Source: Phycisphaerae bacterium (GTDB lineage Bacteria > Planctomycetota > Phycisphaerae > Phycisphaerales > Phycisphaeraceae). From it: a stretch of 64,000 bases of DNA. The notes under the pieces are model-generated. The model saw only the letters and a program-made list of their open reading frames with translations, made no database searches and was not told the DNA's origin. The translations under genes were made by a program, and so were the position numbers. The stretch spans positions 1,311-65,310 of the forward strand of contig CAUZIY010000001.1 of NCBI GenBank assembly GCA_963579995.1. The letters are read 5' to 3'. Shown in pieces: positions 56,483 through 64,000 of the stretch; position 1 is the stretch's first letter; the number at the start of each line of letters is the position of its first letter.

Positions 56483-57454
56483 ATGCCCACCTTGGTTAAA
56501 GAACTGGTTGAAGCAGGAATTCACTTCGGACATCGCTCAACCAATTGGAACCCGAAGATGAAGCCCTACATCTTTGGAAAGCGAAACAAGATCCATATCA
56601 TTGATTTAAAGGCCACGGTCAAGGGGCTGTTACTTGCCCGCAAATACATTACAGGTCTGGTCGCATCTGGACAGGATGTGTTATTTGTTGGCACCAAGCG
56701 TCAGGCACGCAATACGATTGAGACGCGGGTCAAAGATACGGGCATGCATTGGGTTTGCGAGAGATGGTTGGGCGGCACCTTGACCAACTTTCGAACCATT
56801 CGTGAACGGCTCAAGCGGCTTGAGGAGCTTGAAGGGCTTGACGAAAGCGGAGAGATCAATAACTACTCCAAGAAGATGGAAAGCAACCTGAGGCGCGAGA
56901 AGAACAAGATTCTTCGCAATCTCAGCGGTATCCGCAATATGACCAAGTTGCCGGGAGCAATGATTGTCATTGATGTCAGCCACGAAATTAACGCTGTCAA
57001 GGAGGCCAGGAAACTTGGTATCCCGACAGTCTGCCTGATCGATACTGATAGTGATCCGGCATATGCGGATATCCCTATTCCAGGCAATGATGACGCCATG
57101 CGTTCCATTGAGGTTATTATTCAAAGCCTTTGTGCGGCCGTGATGGAAGGCAAAAGTGTCCGCCGCGAAGCAGCTGAGGGTGAGGATCAGGAAACTGGTG
57201 AAACTGGTGATGCTGCAGAGCAAAGCCTTCGCCGTAGTAGCCGGGCCATGTTCCGTGCCAATGAGGAGACATCGAATCCGGCAACTGATAGTGGGGCTGA
57301 ACCACAGGCAGAAGCCCAGCAGTCAGCAGATGCAGATCATTCCAGTCAAACGGCAGAATCAGCGTCCCCCACGACTTCCACCGAGGGGCCAAAGGGTTCT
57401 TTGCCTGGTATCACCACACCCCCATCGACGGATCCACAACAGGGCCAGGGTTAA
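56483..57454 (+). CDS. rpsB: 30S ribosomal protein S2 with a roughly 90-aa acidic low-complexity tail
   Basis: [28 protein letters not shown] is the canonical S2 N-terminus. Confidence 0.95.
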   Translation: MPTLVKELVEAGIHFGHRSTNWNPKMKPYIFGKRNKIHIIDLKATVKGLLLARKYITGLVASGQDVLFVGTKRQARNTIETRVKDTGMHWVCERWLGGTLTNFRTIRERLKRLEELEGLDESGEINNYSKKMESNLRREKNKILRNLSGIRNMTKLPGAMIVIDVSHEINAVKEARKLGIPTVCLIDTDSDPAYADIPIPGNDDAMRSIEVIIQSLCAAVMEGKSVRREAAEGEDQETGETGDAAEQSLRRSSRAMFRANEETSNPATDSGAEPQAEAQQSADADHSSQTAESASPTTSTEGPKGSLPGITTPPSTDPQQGQG

Positions 57455-57549
57455 AGGTAACAATCCAAATAGATTTTGTGGTCGGAAGGCCCAGCGCATG
57501 AGTTGGTTACCCGTACCGGCTGCAGTTCCACTCATTGGAGGACTGATCG

Positions 57550-58362
57550 ATGGCCATTAGTGCCAAGGACGTAATGACATTAAGACAGCGGACCGGAGTT
57601 GGCATGATGGAGTGCAAGGCAGCGCTGGAAGAAACCCAGGGCGACTTTGACGCGGCGATCGAGATGCTTCGCGAAAAGCTCAAGGGTGATATGGAGGAAC
57701 GTAGTGACCGCCAGGCTTCTGAAGGTGCGATTGCCATTGCACGAGGCAACGGTTCGGTTGCCATGATCGAGTTGCGTAGCGAAACCGATTTCACCGGAAG
57801 AAATGAAAGCTTCCTGGCCGGCGCCGAAAAGATAGCGCAGCTTGCACTGGCCTGCGATGACGGCGAGATCACCTTGAATAGTGAGATGCAGAGCATCGTC
57901 GATGATCTGCGGATCACGATCAAGGAAAACATTACCGTTGGCCGTGGTGTCAAGTATTCCGGCGGTATCTTGGGTTCCTACCTGCACCACAACCATAAGA
58001 TCGGCGCGATCATCCAAGGTGAGGGTGACATGCCGGAAGATCTTTTAAGGGGTTTGTGCCAACACATTGCCGCGGCCGTTCCCCCTCTGGTCCCCCAGCC
58101 ACTGGCGGTGGACGAAAAGGGGTTGGTGCCGGAGTTGATCGATCAGCAGAAAGCCAACTTTGTTGAAGAAGCCCAGGATTCGGGAAAGCCGGACAGCATT
58201 ATCGAGAAAATGGTGACCGGTAAACTACGCAAATGGATCAATGAGAATACCCTCTTGGGCCAAACTTATATCCGTGAGTTGGACGCAAAAAAATCCGTTG
58301 GGTCTTACTTGCCTGATGGCGCCACGATTCAGCAGTTTGTTCGGTTTGAGCTTGGAGCCTAG
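57550..58362 (+). CDS. tsf: Translation elongation factor Ts
   Basis: ISAKDVMTLRQRTGVGMMECKAALEE is the canonical EF-Ts N-terminus. It follows rpsB. Confidence 0.95.
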   Translation: MAISAKDVMTLRQRTGVGMMECKAALEETQGDFDAAIEMLREKLKGDMEERSDRQASEGAIAIARGNGSVAMIELRSETDFTGRNESFLAGAEKIAQLALACDDGEITLNSEMQSIVDDLRITIKENITVGRGVKYSGGILGSYLHHNHKIGAIIQGEGDMPEDLLRGLCQHIAAAVPPLVPQPLAVDEKGLVPELIDQQKANFVEEAQDSGKPDSIIEKMVTGKLRKWINENTLLGQTYIRELDAKKSVGSYLPDGATIQQFVRFELGA

Positions 58363-58583
58363 GTTCGACTGGGTGTTTGCGAAAACCCGTGGTGGTTAAC
58401 CTGCTTGTCTTGGCACGTCACCTTGTTTCTGCTCGGGAAAAAGAGCCGTTGGTGTCCCACATCTTCTTTACGGCCAGACCGGTGTAGCCTTTTCACCACT
58501 AGATTCACCAAATTGTATTTTTGCAGTCGTAGTTGAGTTGGTGCGGACATGATGCCCGTACAGAAAATGAGGATACAACAAAG

Positions 58584-58633
58584 GGCGCAACAAAAAACCC
58601 CGGCGTTCTCGCCGGGGTTTTTTTTGTTGCGCC
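58584..58633. terminator. Bidirectional intrinsic terminator (long palindrome) between tsf and the PEP-CTERM gene
   Basis: The core stem is CCCCGGCG (58598-58605) / CGCCGGGG (58610-58617) with loop TTCT. It is flanked by A6 and T8, and the outer arms GGCGCAA / TTGCGCC extend the palindrome. Confidence 0.78.
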
Positions 58634-58660
58634 TTATTGGCTGGTTAGTAGCTAGAGAAA

Positions 58661-59596
58661 TTAGCGACGACGACGTGCGAGCACGAGCATGGAGCTCAAG
58701 GCTAGCAGGCCCATCGTTGCTGGTTCAGGAATACCGAGCACAAGATTATCAACCGTTAGGTTGGTGTGGGGGTAATTATTGCCACCGCCACCGAGCTGAA
58801 GGTTCTTGATACCTGAGGCCGCGTTGCCGCCTTCAGCGTCATCGAGAACCAAGGCATCGTCGATCCAGAAATCAAGTTTCCCGTCTTTGTGGTGCACGAC
58901 ATAGTGGTGGAAACTACCGTCTTCAACGGTGATGTTACCAGCAGATGCACAACCCTCAGATCCGCAAGTTTCGATGAAGAAGCTTGAGGTGTCACTGCGA
59001 CCGTCAACGGGCTTGATGGCGAAGATGTCGCCTGCAGGTCCGCCAGCTTCGAAGAGCTTGGTGTTACCGGCATTGGGGCTGACGGTGGATGTACCGGCAA
59101 CAGCGTCGAGGCCCAAGTGTAAAGAGAGAATCCACTCGCCACCATTGGGCTGAAGGACGGATTCTACTCTGTTCTGGTAGTCAGCGCCTGGCTTACTTGC
59201 GCGATAACGCATGGTCATCGGAGCAATTGCACTGCCATTGACAGGCCAGATGTGGCTCTGCTGACCGAATGCCGCCATACCAGTACCGGTTGGTGACGCG
59301 ATGTTGCCGACGTTTCCGTCGAAACTTGGGTCATTCAAAACACCTTCGGTCATTGTATAGTCTTGGCCACCGAGGAATGCTGTTGGGTGCTGTACCCAGC
59401 TGACGGTACCGTAATCTACTGTGTTGTAGTACACATCGTCGCGAGCGTCATTGGGGGCGCCTACGCAACCGGTGCAATCTTCCATTGGCGCATTAACACC
59501 ACCGGCAGGTCCCAAGATAGGGACTGGTGCTGCAGCTTGCGCGACTGTGGCCAATGCAACGGCCATCACACAACTTAAAACGAAACCATACTTCAT
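58661..59596 (-). CDS. PEP-CTERM sorting-domain secreted protein (lectin/LamG-like body)
   Basis: N-terminal signal peptide ending AQAAAP. C-terminal GIPEPATMGLLALSSMLVLARRRR is a PEP motif, TM helix and Arg cluster. Confidence 0.85.
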   Translation of the reverse strand: MKYGFVLSCVMAVALATVAQAAAPVPILGPAGGVNAPMEDCTGCVGAPNDARDDVYYNTVDYGTVSWVQHPTAFLGGQDYTMTEGVLNDPSFDGNVGNIASPTGTGMAAFGQQSHIWPVNGSAIAPMTMRYRASKPGADYQNRVESVLQPNGGEWILSLHLGLDAVAGTSTVSPNAGNTKLFEAGGPAGDIFAIKPVDGRSDTSSFFIETCGSEGCASAGNITVEDGSFHHYVVHHKDGKLDFWIDDALVLDDAEGGNAASGIKNLQLGGGGNNYPHTNLTVDNLVLGIPEPATMGLLALSSMLVLARRRR

Positions 59597-60258
59597 GACT
59601 GTTCTCCTTTTCCGCTACGGGGCGCGACCCATGTGAAAGTTCAATTGGAAGCTTTACTTCGCCTCCTGACGGACGTAGACACTTACGCCTTCTCTGAACT
59701 CAACTGAAATCATATTTGAATCTTGTTAATTTCTAAACTCACAGAAAAAATGATGCTTACGCTCCTCAGTATTGAATCATGACTATTTGTTGTATAAACG
59801 CTTTCTACCGTGATAATGATGCTTTTTCCCTAACTCAACTAATTCTAAGAATTTTACTGGCGGCCTGGCTGCCCGTCAATAGGATTAATATGGAAAGCAG
59901 GAAAAAAACAAGTTATTTATTTTAAGGCTAGTAAGGTATAACATTAACTAAACAAGAAAGTTAAGTATATTAACCGCCATGTATATTTCCCATTTTGACA
60001 TTCGCTGAGCCTCATATAGTGGTCCCGGCAAACCACTGTTGGCGTATGGTCGCAGTATATGGGGGCCAAAATCTGTCGATGAAGAGGGAAGGAGGTTTCC
60101 GTTGATGTGTGATCTTGGGTCGAAATGCCGTTTACGCGGGCGGTTTTCATTTCCGGGCAACGACCATAATTAGTTATGAAACTCCTTTTGTGATCTGACT
60201 GTGCAATGATAAAATTTATCGTATTGCAATTCAAAGCCTGCAGTAAGGGAGAATTCAT

Positions 60259-62238
60259 TTGAGTCAAGTGGCCACACAGCAGCTTGTCGGAGCTGGCGGG
60301 TCGGGTGGCACTGGAAGCGGATCAGCTGGTGGTCAATCTTCCGGTTCCAGTCTATGGATTCTAGGGGGTTGGAAGGATCTGCTGCTATTCATCGGTCCGC
60401 CGTTGATCATTATCCCGTTGTTTCATTATGCCTACCAAATTCGCTTTGGCGAATGGTTGGCGTTGTGGGTTCTTGCGCTTGGCGGCGTTGGGCACCACTT
60501 GCCCGGCATGATGCGGGCTTATGGTGACAAGGATCTATTCGCCCGTTTCAAGTGGCGTTTCATTTTTGCGCCTATCTTTCTGGCCACCATCTGTGGTGTG
60601 TCAGCATGGAAGGGGTATAGCGGTGTTGACCTGATGCTGCTTTTCTGGGGTATCTGGCACAGCCTGGCCCAAACCTATGGCTTTATGCGGATCTACGATG
60701 CCAAGGTCAAGTCATTCTCGTCACGGACCAGCCGCCTGGACCGTGCCATGTGTACGGTCTGGTTCGTCGGTGGAGCGCTTTTTACGGACACCATGACGGC
60801 CAACCTGCTCATCGGTTTCTACAACAGTGGTGGTCCGCTGCTGCCACCAACGGTGATCTGGGTTGCCCGCATGATCTGGGTTGGTGCTGCTGCGGTGATT
60901 ACCGGTATGTTTCTGGCTAACTTTGTGATTACCTGGCGAAGTGGTCAGCGGCAAAACATCGTCAAGATCCTTCTTTTGGCGGTCACCATTGTCTATTGGT
61001 GGTTCTGCATGACTCGGTTTGACCGCTTGATCATCGGGCTGGCCATGTTCGAATTCTTCCATGACATGCAGTATTTGGCCATTGTCTGGCTCTTTAACCG
61101 TAATCGAGTGGACAAGTCTGCCAATGTGGGCGGCTTCACACGATTTCTATTCCAGCGGCGGGGGGTTCTGGTGGTCTTGTATGTGGCAATGGTTTTGGCT
61201 TATGGATCGCTGTACAAGTTTTTCGAACTAGTTCCGCGGGAAACGATCAAAGAAGTGCTCTTAGGGGTCCTGATGGCCTCGACATTTCTGCACTACTACT
61301 ACGATGGCTTTATTTGGCGTGTCAGGGAGAAATCCACACGAGATTCGTTGGGAGTAGCGAGCCAGCAAGGCAACAAGAGGGAAAAGCCCAAGACTATCTC
61401 AGAACCGGTGTCCAGGCAGAACATGCTGCGTCACGGAGCCTATTGGTGCCTGTTTGTGGTCCCACTTGTGGCTCTTACCGTGGCACAAGCCGTCACGACG
61501 AATCGGGAAGAAATCGAATGGCGAAGGGCGATTGTGGATGCAGTGCCCGATGTGGCGCGGTCTCAGATGGCACTGGCGGAACTTCTCACCAACAAGGCAA
61601 AGTCGCACGATCAGGCCGCCAAGCGATTGGTCCAGCAGGGGCAGCCTGAGGAGCAGGGGAGACAGGTCCGTCAAGCCCGGCAATTGCGTGAGGAGGCGGT
61701 CGAACATTTCCGTCGCAGCCTTGAAATATGGCCGGATAGTGAAATCGCTCACAATAAATTAGGCCTGGCGCTCGAGGAGTTGGGGCGTGATAAAGATGCA
61801 ATAGCGCATTTCAGGAAAGCTCTTGCGATCAACCCTGGTTTATCCACAGCGGGTATTAATCTCGCAAACATGCTCATGGGTGAAGGAAAACTGGACGAGG
61901 CGGAAGGTTATTACCTTCAGATCCTCAGGCAGAGACCGCTGGATGCCAAGGCGCACTTCAACCTGGGCAATGTATATATAAAAAAGAGACAGTTGGACAA
62001 GGCGCAACATCAATACCAGCAAGCGGTGAAGGCAAAACCAGATTATGTCAGGGCGCACTTTAATTTAGCCAGCGTTTATGCTGCTACAAGTCAGTTTGAT
62101 TTGGCAATCATACACTTCACTGAAACATTGAAGCTGGATCCGCATCATCCTTTGGCGAGGAAGCAACTGGACAGAGTGCAACAAGCCAAGCAAGGATTGG
62201 ATTTGGGGCGTGGAGGGCATGTCGTAGATTCACCGTAG
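60259..62238 (+). CDS. Uncharacterised polytopic membrane protein with conserved-looking His motifs and a C-terminal TPR domain
   Basis: Gly/Ser-rich N-terminus and about 9-10 hydrophobic segments carrying GHHLPGMMRAY, WHSLAQTYG, FHDMQYL and HYYYDGFIWR. The last roughly 230 aa are TPR repeats. TTG start per the ORF track, so the start is uncertain. Confidence 0.6.
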   Translation: MSQVATQQLVGAGGSGGTGSGSAGGQSSGSSLWILGGWKDLLLFIGPPLIIIPLFHYAYQIRFGEWLALWVLALGGVGHHLPGMMRAYGDKDLFARFKWRFIFAPIFLATICGVSAWKGYSGVDLMLLFWGIWHSLAQTYGFMRIYDAKVKSFSSRTSRLDRAMCTVWFVGGALFTDTMTANLLIGFYNSGGPLLPPTVIWVARMIWVGAAAVITGMFLANFVITWRSGQRQNIVKILLLAVTIVYWWFCMTRFDRLIIGLAMFEFFHDMQYLAIVWLFNRNRVDKSANVGGFTRFLFQRRGVLVVLYVAMVLAYGSLYKFFELVPRETIKEVLLGVLMASTFLHYYYDGFIWRVREKSTRDSLGVASQQGNKREKPKTISEPVSRQNMLRHGAYWCLFVVPLVALTVAQAVTTNREEIEWRRAIVDAVPDVARSQMALAELLTNKAKSHDQAAKRLVQQGQPEEQGRQVRQARQLREEAVEHFRRSLEIWPDSEIAHNKLGLALEELGRDKDAIAHFRKALAINPGLSTAGINLANMLMGEGKLDEAEGYYLQILRQRPLDAKAHFNLGNVYIKKRQLDKAQHQYQQAVKAKPDYVRAHFNLASVYAATSQFDLAIIHFTETLKLDPHHPLARKQLDRVQQAKQGLDLGRGGHVVDSP

Positions 62239-62284
62239 TGTGATCTACGAAGGTTGGGTGGATCTAGAGTTTGAGTGTCGTGTT

Positions 62285-64000
62285 ATGTTGACCCGAAACA
62301 ATTGTTCTCAAATGTGTGGTCCGTCCATATCAAGAGTGTGGCGTGCATTGGTTTTGGTCCTTTTTCTGCTCCTGCTTGCTGCAACCGGTCAAGTCCTTGC
62401 AGATAACACGGGAATTTCAGGTCACCAGAAAATGCTTGCGCTTCTTGCGGAGATTAATGTCCGCGCAGTCCACGAAAACACCTACCTGGGTGACGCGCGG
62501 GTGCGGGGTTTGCGTAATCAATTGGAAGCCCTGGGGGCAACATCGTCTGATACCCAAAGGCTGGAATTGCACTTTCAACTTGGTGAGGCGGAGTTGAGAC
62601 TCGGTAATGAAGGTGCTGCAATTCAACAGCTTTCAGCCGCCTATCGCTTGTTACCGAAGTTGAAAAACCTGCTCATGCCCGAATCTGTCAATGAGCTTGT
62701 CTTCAGATTGGGCGTTGCCTATATGAGGTTGGGTGAGACGCAGAACTGTTGTCTTCGATACTCGCCTGATAGCTGCATCCTTCCGATCCGCGGTGGTGGC
62801 GTCCACAGCCAACAGGAAGGGTCGCGCAAGGCGATTGGGTATTTCATGGAGGTTTTAGGCAACAGTGGCAAACGCTCGCATCTTCATCTTGAGGCGCAGT
62901 GGCTTTTGAATATCGCGTACATGACCATTGGGGGTTATCCCGAAGAGGTTCCCCCGGCACACCTTATCCCGCCAAGTGCATTTGAATCGGAAGAGGATTT
63001 TCCCCGGTTCACAAATATCGCCTCCAAGCTTGGGCTGGCAACTTTCAGCCTCTCCGGCGGTGCTGTGGCGGACGATTTCAACTCGGACGGGCACCTGGAC
63101 CTGCTTGTTTCCACCTGGGATACCGCCGGTCAGATTCGCCTCTTTGTTAACAATCAGGACGGCAGCTTTTCCGATGCTACTGTCGATGCGGGTTTGACTG
63201 GAATCTATGGCGGTCTCAATCTTGTCCATGCAGATTATGACAATGATGGTGACGTTGATGTACTGGTTCTTCGTGGCGCCTGGCTTACACCGGCGCGACA
63301 TCCAAATTCACTGTTACGCAATAACGGTGATGGCACCTTTCAGGATGTGACATTTGAATCTGGACTCGGTGAATTTCACTATCCCAGCCAGACAGCGGCC
63401 TGGGCGGACTACGATAACGATGGCAACTTGGATTTGTTTATAGGCAACGAGGCATTGGGTGAAGCCCGGTTCCCGGGACAACTTTTTCATAATGAAGGTG
63501 ACGGGACTTTTGCCGATATGGCACATCAGGCCGGCGTGGCCTCGAGAGGATATGTGAAGGCCGTGGTGTGGGGCGATTACGATGGCGATCGATTCCCGGA
63601 TCTTTACGTGTCGAATCTACTGGGTCCAAATCGCCTGTACAGGAACAACCGGGATGGCACGTTCAGTGACCGAGCTGTGGCACTGGGTGTAGATGGGCCA
63701 CAAACCAGCTTCTCCGCCTGGTTCTGGGACTTTGATAATGATGGGGTTCTTGATTTGTTTGTATCGGCCTACTCTGCGGGGATCGACACCCTGGCCCGTG
63801 GGTGTCTGGGCTACCCGGTTCCTGATAAGCACCTGCCCAGGCTCTATCGCGGTGACGGCAAGGGGGGATTTGAGCAGGTGGGTCGCCAATACAACTTGAA
63901 TCAGCCTACGGCTCCGATGGGATCAAACTTCGGTGACCTTGATAACGATGGGTATCTTGATTGCTACCTGGGAACCGGTGGCCCGGACTACAAGTTCCTG
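62285..64000 (+). CDS. TPR plus FG-GAP/VCBS-repeat protein of the CRTAC1 / ASPIC-UnbV type (3' end outside the window)
   Basis: Not in the ORF track because it runs off the window. My translation gives the signal peptide RVWRALVLVLFLLLLAATGQVLA. Repeated Ca-binding-like blocks follow: DDFNSDGHLDLLV, DYDNDGDVDVLV, DYDNDGNLDLFI, DYDGDRFPDLYV and DFDNDGVLDLFV. Alternative ATG at 62312. Confidence 0.8.
   Translation, partial: MLTRNNCSQMCGPSISRVWRALVLVLFLLLLAATGQVLADNTGISGHQKMLALLAEINVRAVHENTYLGDARVRGLRNQLEALGATSSDTQRLELHFQLGEAELRLGNEGAAIQQLSAAYRLLPKLKNLLMPESVNELVFRLGVAYMRLGETQNCCLRYSPDSCILPIRGGGVHSQQEGSRKAIGYFMEVLGNSGKRSHLHLEAQWLLNIAYMTIGGYPEEVPPAHLIPPSAFESEEDFPRFTNIASKLGLATFSLSGGAVADDFNSDGHLDLLVSTWDTAGQIRLFVNNQDGSFSDATVDAGLTGIYGGLNLVHADYDNDGDVDVLVLRGAWLTPARHPNSLLRNNGDGTFQDVTFESGLGEFHYPSQTAAWADYDNDGNLDLFIGNEALGEARFPGQLFHNEGDGTFADMAHQAGVASRGYVKAVVWGDYDGDRFPDLYVSNLLGPNRLYRNNRDGTFSDRAVALGVDGPQTSFSAWFWDFDNDGVLDLFVSAYSAGIDTLARGCLGYPVPDKHLPRLYRGDGKGGFEQVGRQYNLNQPTAPMGSNFGDLDNDGYLDCYLGTGGPDYKFL

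Noticed and set aside
56183-56533. A 116-aa minus-strand ORF overlapping the rpsB start.
   Set aside because: It overlaps the rpsB start codon and promoter region in antisense and has no motifs. I judged it spurious. The plus-strand 108-aa ORF (56118-56444) is kept only as an alternative hypothesis in the findings.
1-64000. CRISPR arrays, transposases or IS elements, toxin-antitoxin pairs, restriction-modification or other defence modules.
   Set aside because: No regularly spaced repeats were seen, and no ORF has transposase, integrase, nuclease/methylase or typical toxin motifs. My scan by eye cannot exclude small or degenerate elements.

Overview
This 64-kb chromosomal window is about 50% G+C by eye and almost fully coding. 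All calls rest on motifs read from the ORF translations and the DNA, because no search or folding tool was available. Gene content looks Planctomycetota-like, which is inference only: an exosortase/PEP-CTERM system, giant TPR proteins, a CRTAC1/ASPIC-type FG-GAP protein, an RRM protein, and normally operonic genes found as isolated fragments.

Layout:
- 1-11.4 kb holds a late flagellar block: flgF (partial), flgG, flgA, flgH, flgI, a rod-binding FlgJ-like gene, an flgN-like gene, flgK, flgL, fliW, csrA and flagellin.
- 11.6-42.9 kb holds scattered housekeeping genes: trpG/pabA, leuS, dnaB, a cysQ/HAL2-like gene, a porin-like OMP, an isolated nuoD, nadE, aroB, guaA, a GH32 fructosidase, gcvT, a truncated dcw block (rsmH, LysM, ftsL-like, ftsI), an isolated hslV, tRNA-Leu(CAG) and gpsA.
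- 43.2-56.1 kb holds a 13-kb co-directional exosortase/PEP-CTERM polysaccharide locus: a Wza-like exporter, an exosortase-EpsI fusion, a 1496-aa TPR protein, a Wzz/BY-kinase fusion, an epimerase and a WecA-like transferase.
- After that come rpsB-tsf, a PEP-CTERM cargo gene, a His-motif polytopic membrane/TPR protein, and a partial TPR/FG-GAP protein.

I saw no CRISPR array, transposase, integrase or recognisable defence genes, and I cannot point to a clear-cut new multi-gene system.

The items most worth a second look are:
- A G10 tract that alone keeps a membrane module fused in frame to AroB.
- A 1.65-kb gene-free region upstream of nuoD that contains a stem-rich segment bracketed by an exact 12-nt repeat.
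- A FliW-CsrA-flagellin module with a sigma-28-type promoter and a hairpin that sequesters the Shine-Dalgarno sequence.
- A BY-kinase whose Walker A lysine is replaced.
- An alpha/beta-hydrolase gene with two in-frame TAA codons in the same context.
- An unexplained promoter/terminator-bearing spacer in front of rpsB.
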